A stretch of DNA of 64,000 nucleotides from a virus (Duplodnaviria; Caudoviricetes). The notes beneath the pieces were generated by a model. The model ran no database searches. It had not been told where the DNA came from and saw only the letters and a list, made by a program, of their open reading frames with translations. Location: positions 1 through 64,000 of IMG/VR virus record IMGVR_UViG_3300028833_000124; one strand, given 5' to 3'. Made by a program: the position numbers and the translations under genes. Positions 40,448 through 48,576 of this stretch are shown piece by piece; position 1 is the stretch's first letter, and each line of letters opens with the position of its first letter.

Positions 40448-40807
40448 TTAATCCTCATTTGATTCTTCTTCTAATTTACCTACACTAAACAGGTATTTAG
40501 TTCTGATTTCAGTTGTGTCCTGCAAATGATTTTCAACTATTACACGATTATTAATAATCAATGATAAATTAAACACATCACAGAAATCACCTATTTGTTC
40601 CAGGTTAAATAAGTCACCATTACATGTTAATGTTACTGTGCCTTGATCTTCAAATTCAATATGGAAATTTGATGTTTCACCTACAGTTTGCAAATAATTT
40701 TTCATTGCATCTGTGATTTTAAGGTTTATTTCAATCATTTGAATTCGCACTTTCCTGTGTTGTTCGATTATTCTATGCCAGAATTTAGCATCATTATTTT
40801 CAGTCAT
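40448..40807 (-). CDS. Hypothetical protein
   Basis: Coupled ORF. Confidence 0.55.
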   Translation of the reverse strand: MTENNDAKFWHRIIEQHRKVRIQMIEINLKITDAMKNYLQTVGETSNFHIEFEDQGTVTLTCNGDLFNLEQIGDFCDVFNLSLIINNRVIVENHLQDTTEIRTKYLFSVGKLEEESNED

Positions 40808-41007
40808 TCATCATCATCTCCCTTCTGATAGATATCTTTAATGGGAACATCATCAAATTGCTCTAACCATTGACGTTCCTCTTCATCCAAAACAGCCATA
40901 TCTCGCTTATAACATTCATTAATATAAGCAATGGCCTCATCTTTTTTTTTAGTTAATAATGCTTTCTTATTTTTGATAGCATTTAACATTTGATTAGCAG
41001 AATTCAT
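40804..41007 (-). CDS. Hypothetical coiled-coil protein (first gene of its operon, apparently leaderless)
   Basis: No RBS; TGTTACAATA motif 28 nt upstream. Confidence 0.55.
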   Translation of the reverse strand: MNSANQMLNAIKNKKALLTKKKDEAIAYINECYKRDMAVLDEEERQWLEQFDDVPIKDIYQKGDDDE

Positions 41008-41035
41008 AATAATATATATTGAAAAAACTTTGAAC

Positions 41036-41046
41036 TATTGTAACAC
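41036..41046 (-). promoter_or_regulatory. GTGTTACAATA motif in the 54-bp divergent spacer
   Basis: 28 nt upstream of ATG 41007, same spacing as at 43801. Confidence 0.5.
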
Positions 41047-41061
41047 CAATAAAATAATATT

Positions 41062-42099
41062 ATGTTAAACAATAAGCTATTCAAAAGATTTTGTAGAGAA
41101 AGAAACATAAAAGAAAGCACCGCAAGTGGTTATGAGTCAGCATTGAAACATTACATTAAATTTCATAAGAAAAGTTTGGATTTTTTAATGCAGGAAGCAG
41201 TAACTGATGAAAATGAAATGGTTCCTTTAAAGGATAGGAAAGTTAAAAAAAGATTGTTGAATTACAGAAGTTATCTGTTAAAAGGTAATAATTCTCCGAA
41301 TACTGTGAGAACATATTTCACTAAGGTTAAAACTTTTTATATTCATTTTGATATTGAGATTCCTCATTTGCCTGATGCTAAGTATGAAAGATTATATGAA
41401 ACTAATTATTTGGATTTGCCTACTCATGAGCATATTCGTCAGGCATGTGATATTTGTGGTTTGGATTTGAAAAGTGTTATTCTTTTTATGAGTTCTTCGG
41501 GTACTGCTAAGGCCGAAACTTTAAGCATTACTGTGGAACAATTTGTTAATGGAACAAGACAATTTCATAATGGTGGATCATTAGAACTAATACTGGAAAC
41601 ATTAGCTCATAAAAAAAATGTTATTCCAACTTTTTATTTGAAACGAATTAAAACTGATAAATATTATTATACTTTTTGCAGTCCTGAAGCTACACGATAT
41701 ATTGTGAAATATTTGCAGACTAGGAAAGATTTAAAGTTGTCAGATAAGTTGTTTGATTTTACAGCTGCTAAATTGTTGAATAAGTTTCAAGAAATTAATG
41801 ATCGTATGGGTTGGGGGTTTAAAGGCAAATACCGTTTCTTTCGTGCTCATACTTTGCGGAAGTTTCATGCTTCCAATATTGGTTTAGCTGCCGAATATAT
41901 TGATGAATTACAGGGCAGGTCTAAAAATTATGTTCATAGCACATATATTAAAACTAATCCTGAGAAGTTGAAAAGGATTTATAAGTCTGCTATGCATAAT
42001 GTTTTGATTTATAATAAGGATGATGTTGATGTGGTTAATCAGGAGTTTACTATTGTGATTAATGTTTTTTTATCTGGTAAGGAATATAATATTTTATAG
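41062..42099 (+). CDS. int: Tyrosine recombinase/integrase
   Basis: N-terminal SAM-like domain; SSGTAKAE, HTLRKF, LQGR, HSTY; only clear plus-strand gene. Confidence 0.85.
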   Translation: MLNNKLFKRFCRERNIKESTASGYESALKHYIKFHKKSLDFLMQEAVTDENEMVPLKDRKVKKRLLNYRSYLLKGNNSPNTVRTYFTKVKTFYIHFDIEIPHLPDAKYERLYETNYLDLPTHEHIRQACDICGLDLKSVILFMSSSGTAKAETLSITVEQFVNGTRQFHNGGSLELILETLAHKKNVIPTFYLKRIKTDKYYYTFCSPEATRYIVKYLQTRKDLKLSDKLFDFTAAKLLNKFQEINDRMGWGFKGKYRFFRAHTLRKFHASNIGLAAEYIDELQGRSKNYVHSTYIKTNPEKLKRIYKSAMHNVLIYNKDDVDVVNQEFTIVINVFLSGKEYNIL

Positions 42100-42108
42100 A
42101 AAAAATAG

Positions 42109-42270
42109 GGAGGAGGGAAGAATTGCACTTCCACTTAATCCCCGTACAATATCCAGCCACAGTTCCAACGTCTTTCCTTGATTATTATTTATTACTTATT
42201 AACCCACAGTAACCATAATCAAAGTGGGATATTCCCATAGGAAGTCGTGCCTAATTACACCAACTCCTCC
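42109..42270 (-). ncRNA. tRNA-like RNA 2 (acceptor, D-arm, T-arm, ~90-nt insertion in the anticodon arm)
   Basis: GGAGGAG/CUCCUCC acceptor; GUGU-AAUUAG-GCAC D-arm; GGAAG-UGCAAUU-CUUCC T-arm; oligo-U after the 3' end. Confidence 0.65.
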
Positions 42271-42287
42271 TTTAAAAGTAAAAAAAA

Positions 42288-42695
42288 TTAATCTTCTTTT
42301 ATGGTGTTAATTTCAATAATATTATCCAAATTAATAGCTTTATCGATTGGCGGGATTATTGTTGGGTCTTCACTACTTTCTGGCCAGAATAATAAATTTT
42401 CATGAATGCCAACAGGTTCATCTTTATTGATGATATATTTGTTACCATTTAATGCTATGAGTTCAGTATTATGTTTACCATAATTTTGCTGTAATACTTC
42501 CATGAATCCTTCATCAGTTGTGAATTCATAAATATGACCTAATTTATTTTGGATATAGTCTAATATTTGGATTTGATTTAGAAACTTGTTTGTAGCTGTT
42601 TCATCTTCTTTTTCTTTAGCTTCATTTAGTTTGTCCATCAATTCCATTCTTTCAGTATTAATAATGTTGATTATTGTTTTTGCTTCTGATTTCAT
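42288..42695 (-). CDS. Hypothetical protein
   Basis: ORF. Confidence 0.55.
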   Translation of the reverse strand: MKSEAKTIINIINTERMELMDKLNEAKEKEDETATNKFLNQIQILDYIQNKLGHIYEFTTDEGFMEVLQQNYGKHNTELIALNGNKYIINKDEPVGIHENLLFWPESSEDPTIIPPIDKAINLDNIIEINTIKED

Positions 42696-43259
42696 TTAAA
42701 ACCACCATCCACCGATTGCAGTATTAGTTCCACTATATTTATTAAAATTGTTATTAGTTGCATTAGATTCATCAATCACTTCTTCCACACTTAAAATATT
42801 TGGGAATGTGCTGTAGAATGGTTCTCTCCAACCATAATATTTGATTTTATAAGTTCCACCAGTTTTTAATTGATTGAATAAATCTCTTGTATTCCATTTA
42901 CCAAACCAAAAATTTTCCTCATTTAGGAATGATTCACCATCCGTTGTTACCATAAGCAGATCATCTGCACTATCAACAACTATCATTCCATGGTCATTTT
43001 TTTGGATATTAGGTTTGATTTGATAATCAGATACAGTTATTATTTTTTCCTGGACTGATGGTACTTCGTAGTTATTATGCCAGGTCATGCTTGCTAATCC
43101 AAAACCTGCAACGACAATAATACTTCCCAATATTATTAGGATTATTTTATCTTTAGTGAATCCATATAATGCGATTATTATACCTATTATTAAGGGAATT
43201 AAAAGGTATCCTATTTTAGTTAATCCTATCATCCACCATGATGGAGGTACAAAAGTCAT
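42696..43259 (-). CDS. Membrane protein, DUF1523-like
   Basis: Two N-terminal TM helices; NEENFWFGKWN...YYGWREPFYSTFPNI. Confidence 0.65.
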   Translation of the reverse strand: MTFVPPSWWMIGLTKIGYLLIPLIIGIIIALYGFTKDKIILIILGSIIVVAGFGLASMTWHNNYEVPSVQEKIITVSDYQIKPNIQKNDHGMIVVDSADDLLMVTTDGESFLNEENFWFGKWNTRDLFNQLKTGGTYKIKYYGWREPFYSTFPNILSVEEVIDESNATNNNFNKYSGTNTAIGGWWF

Positions 43260-43265
43260 AAGGTT

Positions 43266-43772
43266 TCATTCCTCCTTGTTTAAGTCTTCTGCATTGCTTA
43301 CTTCAACAATATCATCTAACATTTTCACAGTATTATAATAAGCTCTGATTAAAATAGATGGGTCGCTTAAATTCAGATATTCTGGTGTTACTCTTCCAAA
43401 TCTTCCTTTACCTGCCATTACACAATCAGATATCATTTCAAAAACATCAATTAATGTCACATCTAATGGACAGTCTGCATTTAAGTGATGTCTTTCTGCA
43501 TAAATGTGTCTTTGATACCATGGTCTTTTTTTGAATTCATCATCAGTATGTTCTGATAATACATCTTCGGCATATTCATCGAAGTAAGATATTTTTGTGA
43601 AGTCATGTTTTAATCCGGCTTCGTGGAGTTTTCCTGCGAAGAAATCCATTCCTTTTTGAACATCTTTGATGTGTTCTTCGGTGGCATCGTATAGTTTTTC
43701 TTTTGTTATATCTTCAGGTGCTGTCCGACTGTCGGCATATTCAGTATTTTTGATAATTATCTTTGATGTCAT
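43266..43772 (-). CDS. HD-like phosphohydrolase (DUF5662-like)
   Basis: HIKDV...KHDFTK...HIYAERHH...EMISDC; start refined to MTSKII. Confidence 0.6.
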   Translation of the reverse strand: MTSKIIIKNTEYADSRTAPEDITKEKLYDATEEHIKDVQKGMDFFAGKLHEAGLKHDFTKISYFDEYAEDVLSEHTDDEFKKRPWYQRHIYAERHHLNADCPLDVTLIDVFEMISDCVMAGKGRFGRVTPEYLNLSDPSILIRAYYNTVKMLDDIVEVSNAEDLNKEE

Positions 43773-43800
43773 AGATATTATTTTAGTGATGGTTTGGAAG

Positions 43801-43810
43801 TATTGTAACA
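43801..43810 (-). promoter_or_regulatory. TGTTACAATA motif
   Basis: 28 nt upstream of the RBS-less ATG at 43772. Confidence 0.5.
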
Positions 43811-43831
43811 AAAAAAGGTGGAGAAGAATGT

Positions 43832-44170
43832 TCAAAAAAGGTCATAATATTTTTTTAATTTACATTCATTCTTATTACAAATTACAAGCCACATTCCAAA
43901 TTCAGTAGATAATGGATTAAGTGGATGTAAACAATAACTTTGAACCCCTAATCCTTCTTCATATCTCCTCATTCGATGTTCACAATTAATCCATTCTGGC
44001 ATATCATAATCTTCAGGTAATTCAAATTTAGGTTTGATTACTTCAGATGATTCATTAAAACAATTTAGAACAGATTTCATCACTTGCAAATCTAATAATT
44101 GAATGTCAATTTCACATTCTTTTTCTAATATTTTTTTATGTTTGAAAACGGGACTTTCAAGAATACTCAT
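43832..44170 (-). CDS. Hypothetical protein with Cys-rich C-terminus
   Basis: CEHR...YCLHP...CNKNEC. Confidence 0.55.
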   Translation of the reverse strand: MSILESPVFKHKKILEKECEIDIQLLDLQVMKSVLNCFNESSEVIKPKFELPEDYDMPEWINCEHRMRRYEEGLGVQSYCLHPLNPLSTEFGMWLVICNKNECKLKKYYDLF

Positions 44171-44178
44171 AAATATTT

Positions 44179-44838
44179 TTACTCCCTATTTAAGATGCTA
44201 TTTCTATATTCTTTCATTGATTCATATTTTTCTTTTAATTTAACCTCAATGATTTTATCTGAATAATGATGATTAAATGGTTCTAATAATCGATTATCAC
44301 TATCATAGTTCATAAAACTCATAATTTCATATCCGCAGATTATATGGTCATTAACTACTAAATCAGTTAACATATCTACAACATGATAATTTTTAACATT
44401 ATCAAATACATTCTTAAGTGATAAGTCATTATAACCATAATAGTCTTCTCCCCATCCTTTACTCATTGCAAGGTCCCAATATTTTTCATATAATTCTGAA
44501 ATTGACCATGTTTCCCATTTATGGAATGGTTCTGCATTCACAGGAACATTAAGATAAACGGGTGAATGTAACTGAATTAATTGTTCTTGACATTGCGCTG
44601 CTATTACTTCAGCATGCATATCTGCTTTTTCACCTATTAGATTTGCTAATTCATTAAATGTTTTAATTATGAAATGACTTTTTGAATGATCTAAAATTTG
44701 TTGTTTTCTTAACTCCATTAATTTTTCCGGTGCATTTTTAACTAATTTTTCAAAGATGTTGTCTAATTCTTCAGCGTTATTTATTTCAGGTTCGTTATAG
44801 GTTACTCTTGGAAAATCTTTCATTGCATCTATCCCCAT
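44179..44838 (-). CDS. Hypothetical protein
   Basis: ORF. Confidence 0.55.
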   Translation of the reverse strand: MGIDAMKDFPRVTYNEPEINNAEELDNIFEKLVKNAPEKLMELRKQQILDHSKSHFIIKTFNELANLIGEKADMHAEVIAAQCQEQLIQLHSPVYLNVPVNAEPFHKWETWSISELYEKYWDLAMSKGWGEDYYGYNDLSLKNVFDNVKNYHVVDMLTDLVVNDHIICGYEIMSFMNYDSDNRLLEPFNHHYSDKIIEVKLKEKYESMKEYRNSILNRE

Positions 44839-45209
44839 AATTTAAATTCTGTTGCAATTTCTTTTAATAATCTTTTTCGTGCTGCTGTTTCACTATCATA
44901 AATATCTGTTCCAGATAAAGGTTTGCATTTTTTATATTCTTTATTTATGAATCGTCGCAAATTTTTTCTGAAAGGATTATTATTAGATATTCGCATTTTA
45001 TTTGTGTTTAATAAATTTAGAACATAATCTAAATCTTCTTCGTTTAAAAAGGATAATTCAGGGTATTGTCCTTGATTGTCATGTATTTCTAATTGTGCTG
45101 CATTGTGGAATTTTTTGAGTTTTTTGAATCTTTCAGTCATATCCATTACTGTCATATTCAGCTCCCCCCATATTCTTTTTAATTCCATCATGAATATTAA
45201 TAAGTTCAT
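44829..45209 (-). CDS. Hypothetical protein
   Basis: ORF; start likely MTVMDM. Confidence 0.5.
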   Translation of the reverse strand: MNLLIFMMELKRIWGELNMTVMDMTERFKKLKKFHNAAQLEIHDNQGQYPELSFLNEEDLDYVLNLLNTNKMRISNNNPFRKNLRRFINKEYKKCKPLSGTDIYDSETAARKRLLKEIATEFKLWG

Positions 45210-45543
45210 TTGTTAATAATTCTAATGTGTTGATTCTTACTCTTTGCCTATCTATTGTGGCATGTGAATAATTTCGTTTTTCATAATATTCTAATAAGCT
45301 TTCTTCATCTCTTATTTTAGCTTTATAACGATTTATTATTGTTTGATATATTAGGCATTGTAATTCTTTTTGATCTGTTATGATTTCAGAGTTTTTTAAG
45401 AATTGATTTTCATCGTTCAACTCATTCAATCTATCAACAACATCTTCACAAGTCAAATAGCAATCTGCTAAATCACAATGATTATCCCAAAACTGTGGGT
45501 GCCCCCTCTCCCAATTAAAAGAATATCGTTTATTTTCAGTCAT
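45133..45543 (-). CDS. Coiled-coil accessory protein (VxDxLNEL family)
   Basis: MTENKRY...DVVDRLNELNDEN. Confidence 0.55.
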   Translation of the reverse strand: MTENKRYSFNWERGHPQFWDNHCDLADCYLTCEDVVDRLNELNDENQFLKNSEIITDQKELQCLIYQTIINRYKAKIRDEESLLEYYEKRNYSHATIDRQRVRINTLELLTNELINIHDGIKKNMGGAEYDSNGYD

Positions 45544-45893
45544 TGATACACTTCCTCTTTGAATTCTTCTAATGCTGTTTTTTTAATCCAGTTATGTTTG
45601 CTTCCGCAACCACAAGCACTTAATTCATATTCTTCTGATTTGGTTTCATATTCACATATTTTACCATTTAGTTTTGCTTTGATGTCTATGTAATTGTCGA
45701 TTTGTTCTTGTTGTTTTTCCAACAGTTCGGCTTGTCTGTTGATGCGTTCTTCTAGTTCTTTGATTTTATCTTCTTTATTGTTTAGTGTTTCAATGATTAT
45801 TTCTGCTTGTCTTGCTGAATGGGCGTATGCTAAGTGTTTTCCATTGTCTAGTATTTCCCAGTCATCTTCTTTTTGAGTATATCTTTTAGTCAT
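45540..45893 (-). CDS. Coiled-coil accessory protein
   Basis: MTKRY...IIETLNNKEDKIKEL. Confidence 0.55.
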   Translation of the reverse strand: MTKRYTQKEDDWEILDNGKHLAYAHSARQAEIIIETLNNKEDKIKELEERINRQAELLEKQQEQIDNYIDIKAKLNGKICEYETKSEEYELSACGCGSKHNWIKKTALEEFKEEVYQ

Positions 45894-46162
45894 TTTATCA
45901 AATCCTTTACTGGACTTTTATCTGAAATATGGTCATTAAATGATTCAACAAGTCTTGTTAATGCTTGTTTTAATATTGCATTATCTTCTTTTAAATCTTC
46001 ATTTTCTTCATCTAAACTCTTAATATCTTGACTCATTTGTTTTATATGACTATTCAAATAGTTTATTTTTTTAATAGCGTCATCTCTTCTTTTTTTAAGT
46101 TGATGTGTTTGTCTTCGATAATATTCCAATTTTTCTTCAAGAGTCATTTCATCCATATTCAT
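45890..46162 (-). CDS. Coiled-coil accessory protein
   Basis: Heptad repeats. Confidence 0.55.
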   Translation of the reverse strand: MNMDEMTLEEKLEYYRRQTHQLKKRRDDAIKKINYLNSHIKQMSQDIKSLDEENEDLKEDNAILKQALTRLVESFNDHISDKSPVKDLIK

Positions 46163-46575
46163 TTAAATAACCCCTCTGGATGATTTTTAATTACATGATC
46201 CATTCCTTTATCAAAAGCTGATTTGTAATCTACTTCTTTATTTTTTAAATCAATTTCTAATTCATCTGCAATGTCTCTAATTGTAGCTCTTAACATGTCA
46301 TATGCTTGATGAACCATTACATTATCTAAATTTTTTTGTCTTTGACTATTCGCATAATTATAATGTTTTTGTAAAGTTTCTTCGACTTGTGATTCAAATT
46401 TATTTAATTCATTTGCGAAAGATATTTTATCTCTGGTTAATTCATTGAGTTTATCAACAACTTCATATGCTGGTAAACTTTTACCATTAAGGGTTACGCA
46501 TCGTGATAATCCTTTTTCATTAATTCCATATTTGTCCATGTTAATTACTCCATTTCCTTTGTAATTCATTATCAT
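46159..46575 (-). CDS. Coiled-coil accessory protein (VxDxLNEL family)
   Basis: EVVDKLNEL; start likely MDKYG. Confidence 0.55.
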   Translation of the reverse strand: MIMNYKGNGVINMDKYGINEKGLSRCVTLNGKSLPAYEVVDKLNELTRDKISFANELNKFESQVEETLQKHYNYANSQRQKNLDNVMVHQAYDMLRATIRDIADELEIDLKNKEVDYKSAFDKGMDHVIKNHPEGLFK

Positions 46576-46792
46576 CGTAGATTACTTTTTCTGCACAAGT
46601 ATCATACTGACTAACTTCACTGACTCCTAATTCAAAGTACAATAAACACATGTCATTTTTGGGAACATAGTTCTGACAATTTAAATGCACATTTGATTTG
46701 CAGTTGTCACATGGTCCTTTGTCTGCTTTATTCTTACAGTATAATTTGTTTTTTTCTTCAAAACGATATCCACAATCCTTAAACACAATCAT
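46541..46792 (-). CDS. Cys-rich small protein
   Basis: Seven Cys residues. Confidence 0.5.
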   Translation of the reverse strand: MIVFKDCGYRFEEKNKLYCKNKADKGPCDNCKSNVHLNCQNYVPKNDMCLLYFELGVSEVSQYDTCAEKVIYDDNELQRKWSN

Positions 46793-46961
46793 TTACTCAC
46801 CTCAAAATGGTTTAAGATTTCTTGGCCTCTCATAACTATAAATAAGGTTTTTCCACTTGTTTTAGTGATGATAACATCTGCATTGTCCAATTCATCAAAT
46901 CGTTCAAGCATTTCGTAGATGTAATCAAACTTCTCTTTAAACTCAGTTACTTTCATTCTTA

Positions 46962-47198
46962 TCACATCAATTTAGTTTGTTTAGTGGGTTCGCAAGGAGC
47001 TTCTGTACCCAATAAATATAAAAATTTCTTTTGAAGTAAATCACAGTAACCCCATTGTCCATCAGCACTTCCTACATAATTTCCATCATCATCAAATATG
47101 CCATGGCTATGGAAACAACTTCTTTTCCAATGAGGACAGTTTGTTTCTCCTTGTACCCATTGGTTTTGGCTGCATTCTTTTATGGGTTTGATGCTCAT
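46962..47198 (-). CDS. Cys-rich small protein ending in QTKLM
   Basis: CPHW..SC...YCDL...APC. Confidence 0.5.
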   Translation of the reverse strand: MSIKPIKECSQNQWVQGETNCPHWKRSCFHSHGIFDDDGNYVGSADGQWGYCDLLQKKFLYLLGTEAPCEPTKQTKLM

Positions 47199-47213
47199 TC
47201 TAAATTACCTTCC

Positions 47214-47408
47214 TTAATAATCTAATTGCCTTAATACAGCTTTAATCCTTACTAATGCACTTGTTTTTTCATCTACTTCAAATTTTAAATCTCTTAACAT
47301 TTCATTAAGGTCATAGCATAATTTCTTCATATCATCTTCATTTTTAGGATTGTAAACTGTATGAGTTGTTTCATTTACTATTTTCTTTTGTTCAAATCTA
47401 AAAGTCAT
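47214..47408 (-). CDS. Hypothetical protein
   Basis: MTFRF...LCYDLNEM. Confidence 0.5.
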   Translation of the reverse strand: MTFRFEQKKIVNETTHTVYNPKNEDDMKKLCYDLNEMLRDLKFEVDEKTSALVRIKAVLRQLDY

Positions 47409-47539
47409 TCTTTTAACTCCTTAAAACATTCTTTATTCAAATTTTCCAGTGATTCCGCATAATGGTCATCATACATGCAAAGGTAAGGTTGGGAGTTATC
47501 CAAATCCACAGACAAACCCTCACAATCAACACAATTCAT
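47405..47539 (-). CDS. 44-aa Cys-rich microprotein
   Basis: Hand translation MNCVDC...YLCMYD...KECFKELKE; coupled to neighbours. Confidence 0.45.
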   Translation of the reverse strand: MNCVDCEGLSVDLDNSQPYLCMYDDHYAESLENLNKECFKELKE

Positions 47540-47543
47540 TAAA

Positions 47544-47711
47544 TCACCATTTAAAATAACTGACAACATTGTAATCGCCTTTTAATGCTACGATAATGTT
47601 TTCACCAGTGGATTTAGTGTAACCTATTTTCACATCTTCAAAGTCAATGTTTTTGTCTTCCAGTTCTGTTTTCATCTGTTCAACCTTAGTGTAGAATTGT
47701 TTGAAGTTCAT
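47544..47711 (-). CDS. 55-aa microprotein
   Basis: Hand translation MNFKQFYTKVEQMK...TKSTGENIIVALKG. Confidence 0.45.
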   Translation of the reverse strand: MNFKQFYTKVEQMKTELEDKNIDFEDVKIGYTKSTGENIIVALKGDYNVVSYFKW

Positions 47712-47714
47712 TGT

Positions 47715-47876
47715 TTAGCCTCCAAATTCAAACTTATCACATGGACATTTACTGCATTTAACAAGTTTTCCTGCTGTACGGTCTTCATTCAGATATAACG
47801 CACAGTACCCAACAAAACCTGATGACTCGCTGGTGTTATGTTTGCAATCCTTGTAAGTTACTGGTCTATGGTTCAT
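47715..47876 (-). CDS. 53-aa Cys-rich microprotein
   Basis: Hand translation MNHRPVTYKDCKHN...GYCALY...KCSKCPCDKF. Confidence 0.45.
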   Translation of the reverse strand: MNHRPVTYKDCKHNTSESSGFVGYCALYLNEDRTAGKLVKCSKCPCDKFEFGG

Positions 47877-48078
47877 TCATTCCACCTCATCTGTTATTCT
47901 TGTTTCTGTTTCGTATCTCATGGTTATTGATTCCTTAATTTTTCAAGATATTCTTCATTATCATATGCAATATATTCTTCCAGGACTTCAGGCAGATCAT
48001 TAAAAGGTATCCTGTATTTTATGCATATGGTTCTTAATTTCAAAATTGTCAAGATAAAATTTCTAATCTTCATTGGGT

Positions 48079-48312
48079 TCACTTTTTCTCATTAAATTCC
48101 TTTTTAAGTATCATAGCATCAGATGCCATTTGAGCTTTGAATCCTGATGTGTCTGTTAAGTATTTTAATGCTACTTCTAATTCCATTAATTTTTTATACA
48201 ATTCAAATCTGACTTTTTCTAAGTCATAAGTTGTGAAGTGATGTGCTTCATCCAGAATATAATTTAAATGCAGTATTTCTTCGCATAAGTCTGTTATTTC
48301 TTCAAAATTCAT
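48079..48312 (-). CDS. Hypothetical protein
   Basis: ORF. Confidence 0.5.
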   Translation of the reverse strand: MNFEEITDLCEEILHLNYILDEAHHFTTYDLEKVRFELYKKLMELEVALKYLTDTSGFKAQMASDAMILKKEFNEKK

Positions 48313-48324
48313 TTTTATAATCCC

Positions 48325-48576
48325 TCATTGTAATTCTTCACTTATTTTATCTAAATCCAAACCAGTTTCAGCTTTTAATAATTGTTTATCTTTTGCTGTT
48401 GGTTTTCTTTTGATTTTTAATCGGATTTCAACATCAAAAAACTTATTATACATATCTACTGAAATCCAATTGCCAATAGTTGCACCTTGATTTATTCTTG
48501 CCATTAATAGTATCCAAAAAAAATGAAACATAGATACATTCCGTGTTAATAATCCGAAATAATTCTTTTCAGTCAT
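48325..48576 (-). CDS. Hypothetical protein
   Basis: ORF. Confidence 0.5.
   Translation of the reverse strand: MTEKNYFGLLTRNVSMFHFFWILLMARINQGATIGNWISVDMYNKFFDVEIRLKIKRKPTAKDKQLLKAETGLDLDKISEELQ

Noticed and set aside
35316-42270. Calling the two RNA elements ordinary tRNA genes
   Set aside because: Non-canonical T-loops, missing or atypical D-arm, and no clean 7-nt anticodon loop or canonical bulge-helix-bulge; kept as tRNA-like ncRNAs.
47819-47827. CTGATGA hammerhead-core-like heptamer (also at 60321)
   Set aside because: No flanking stems or GAAA partner; both lie antisense within coding regions.
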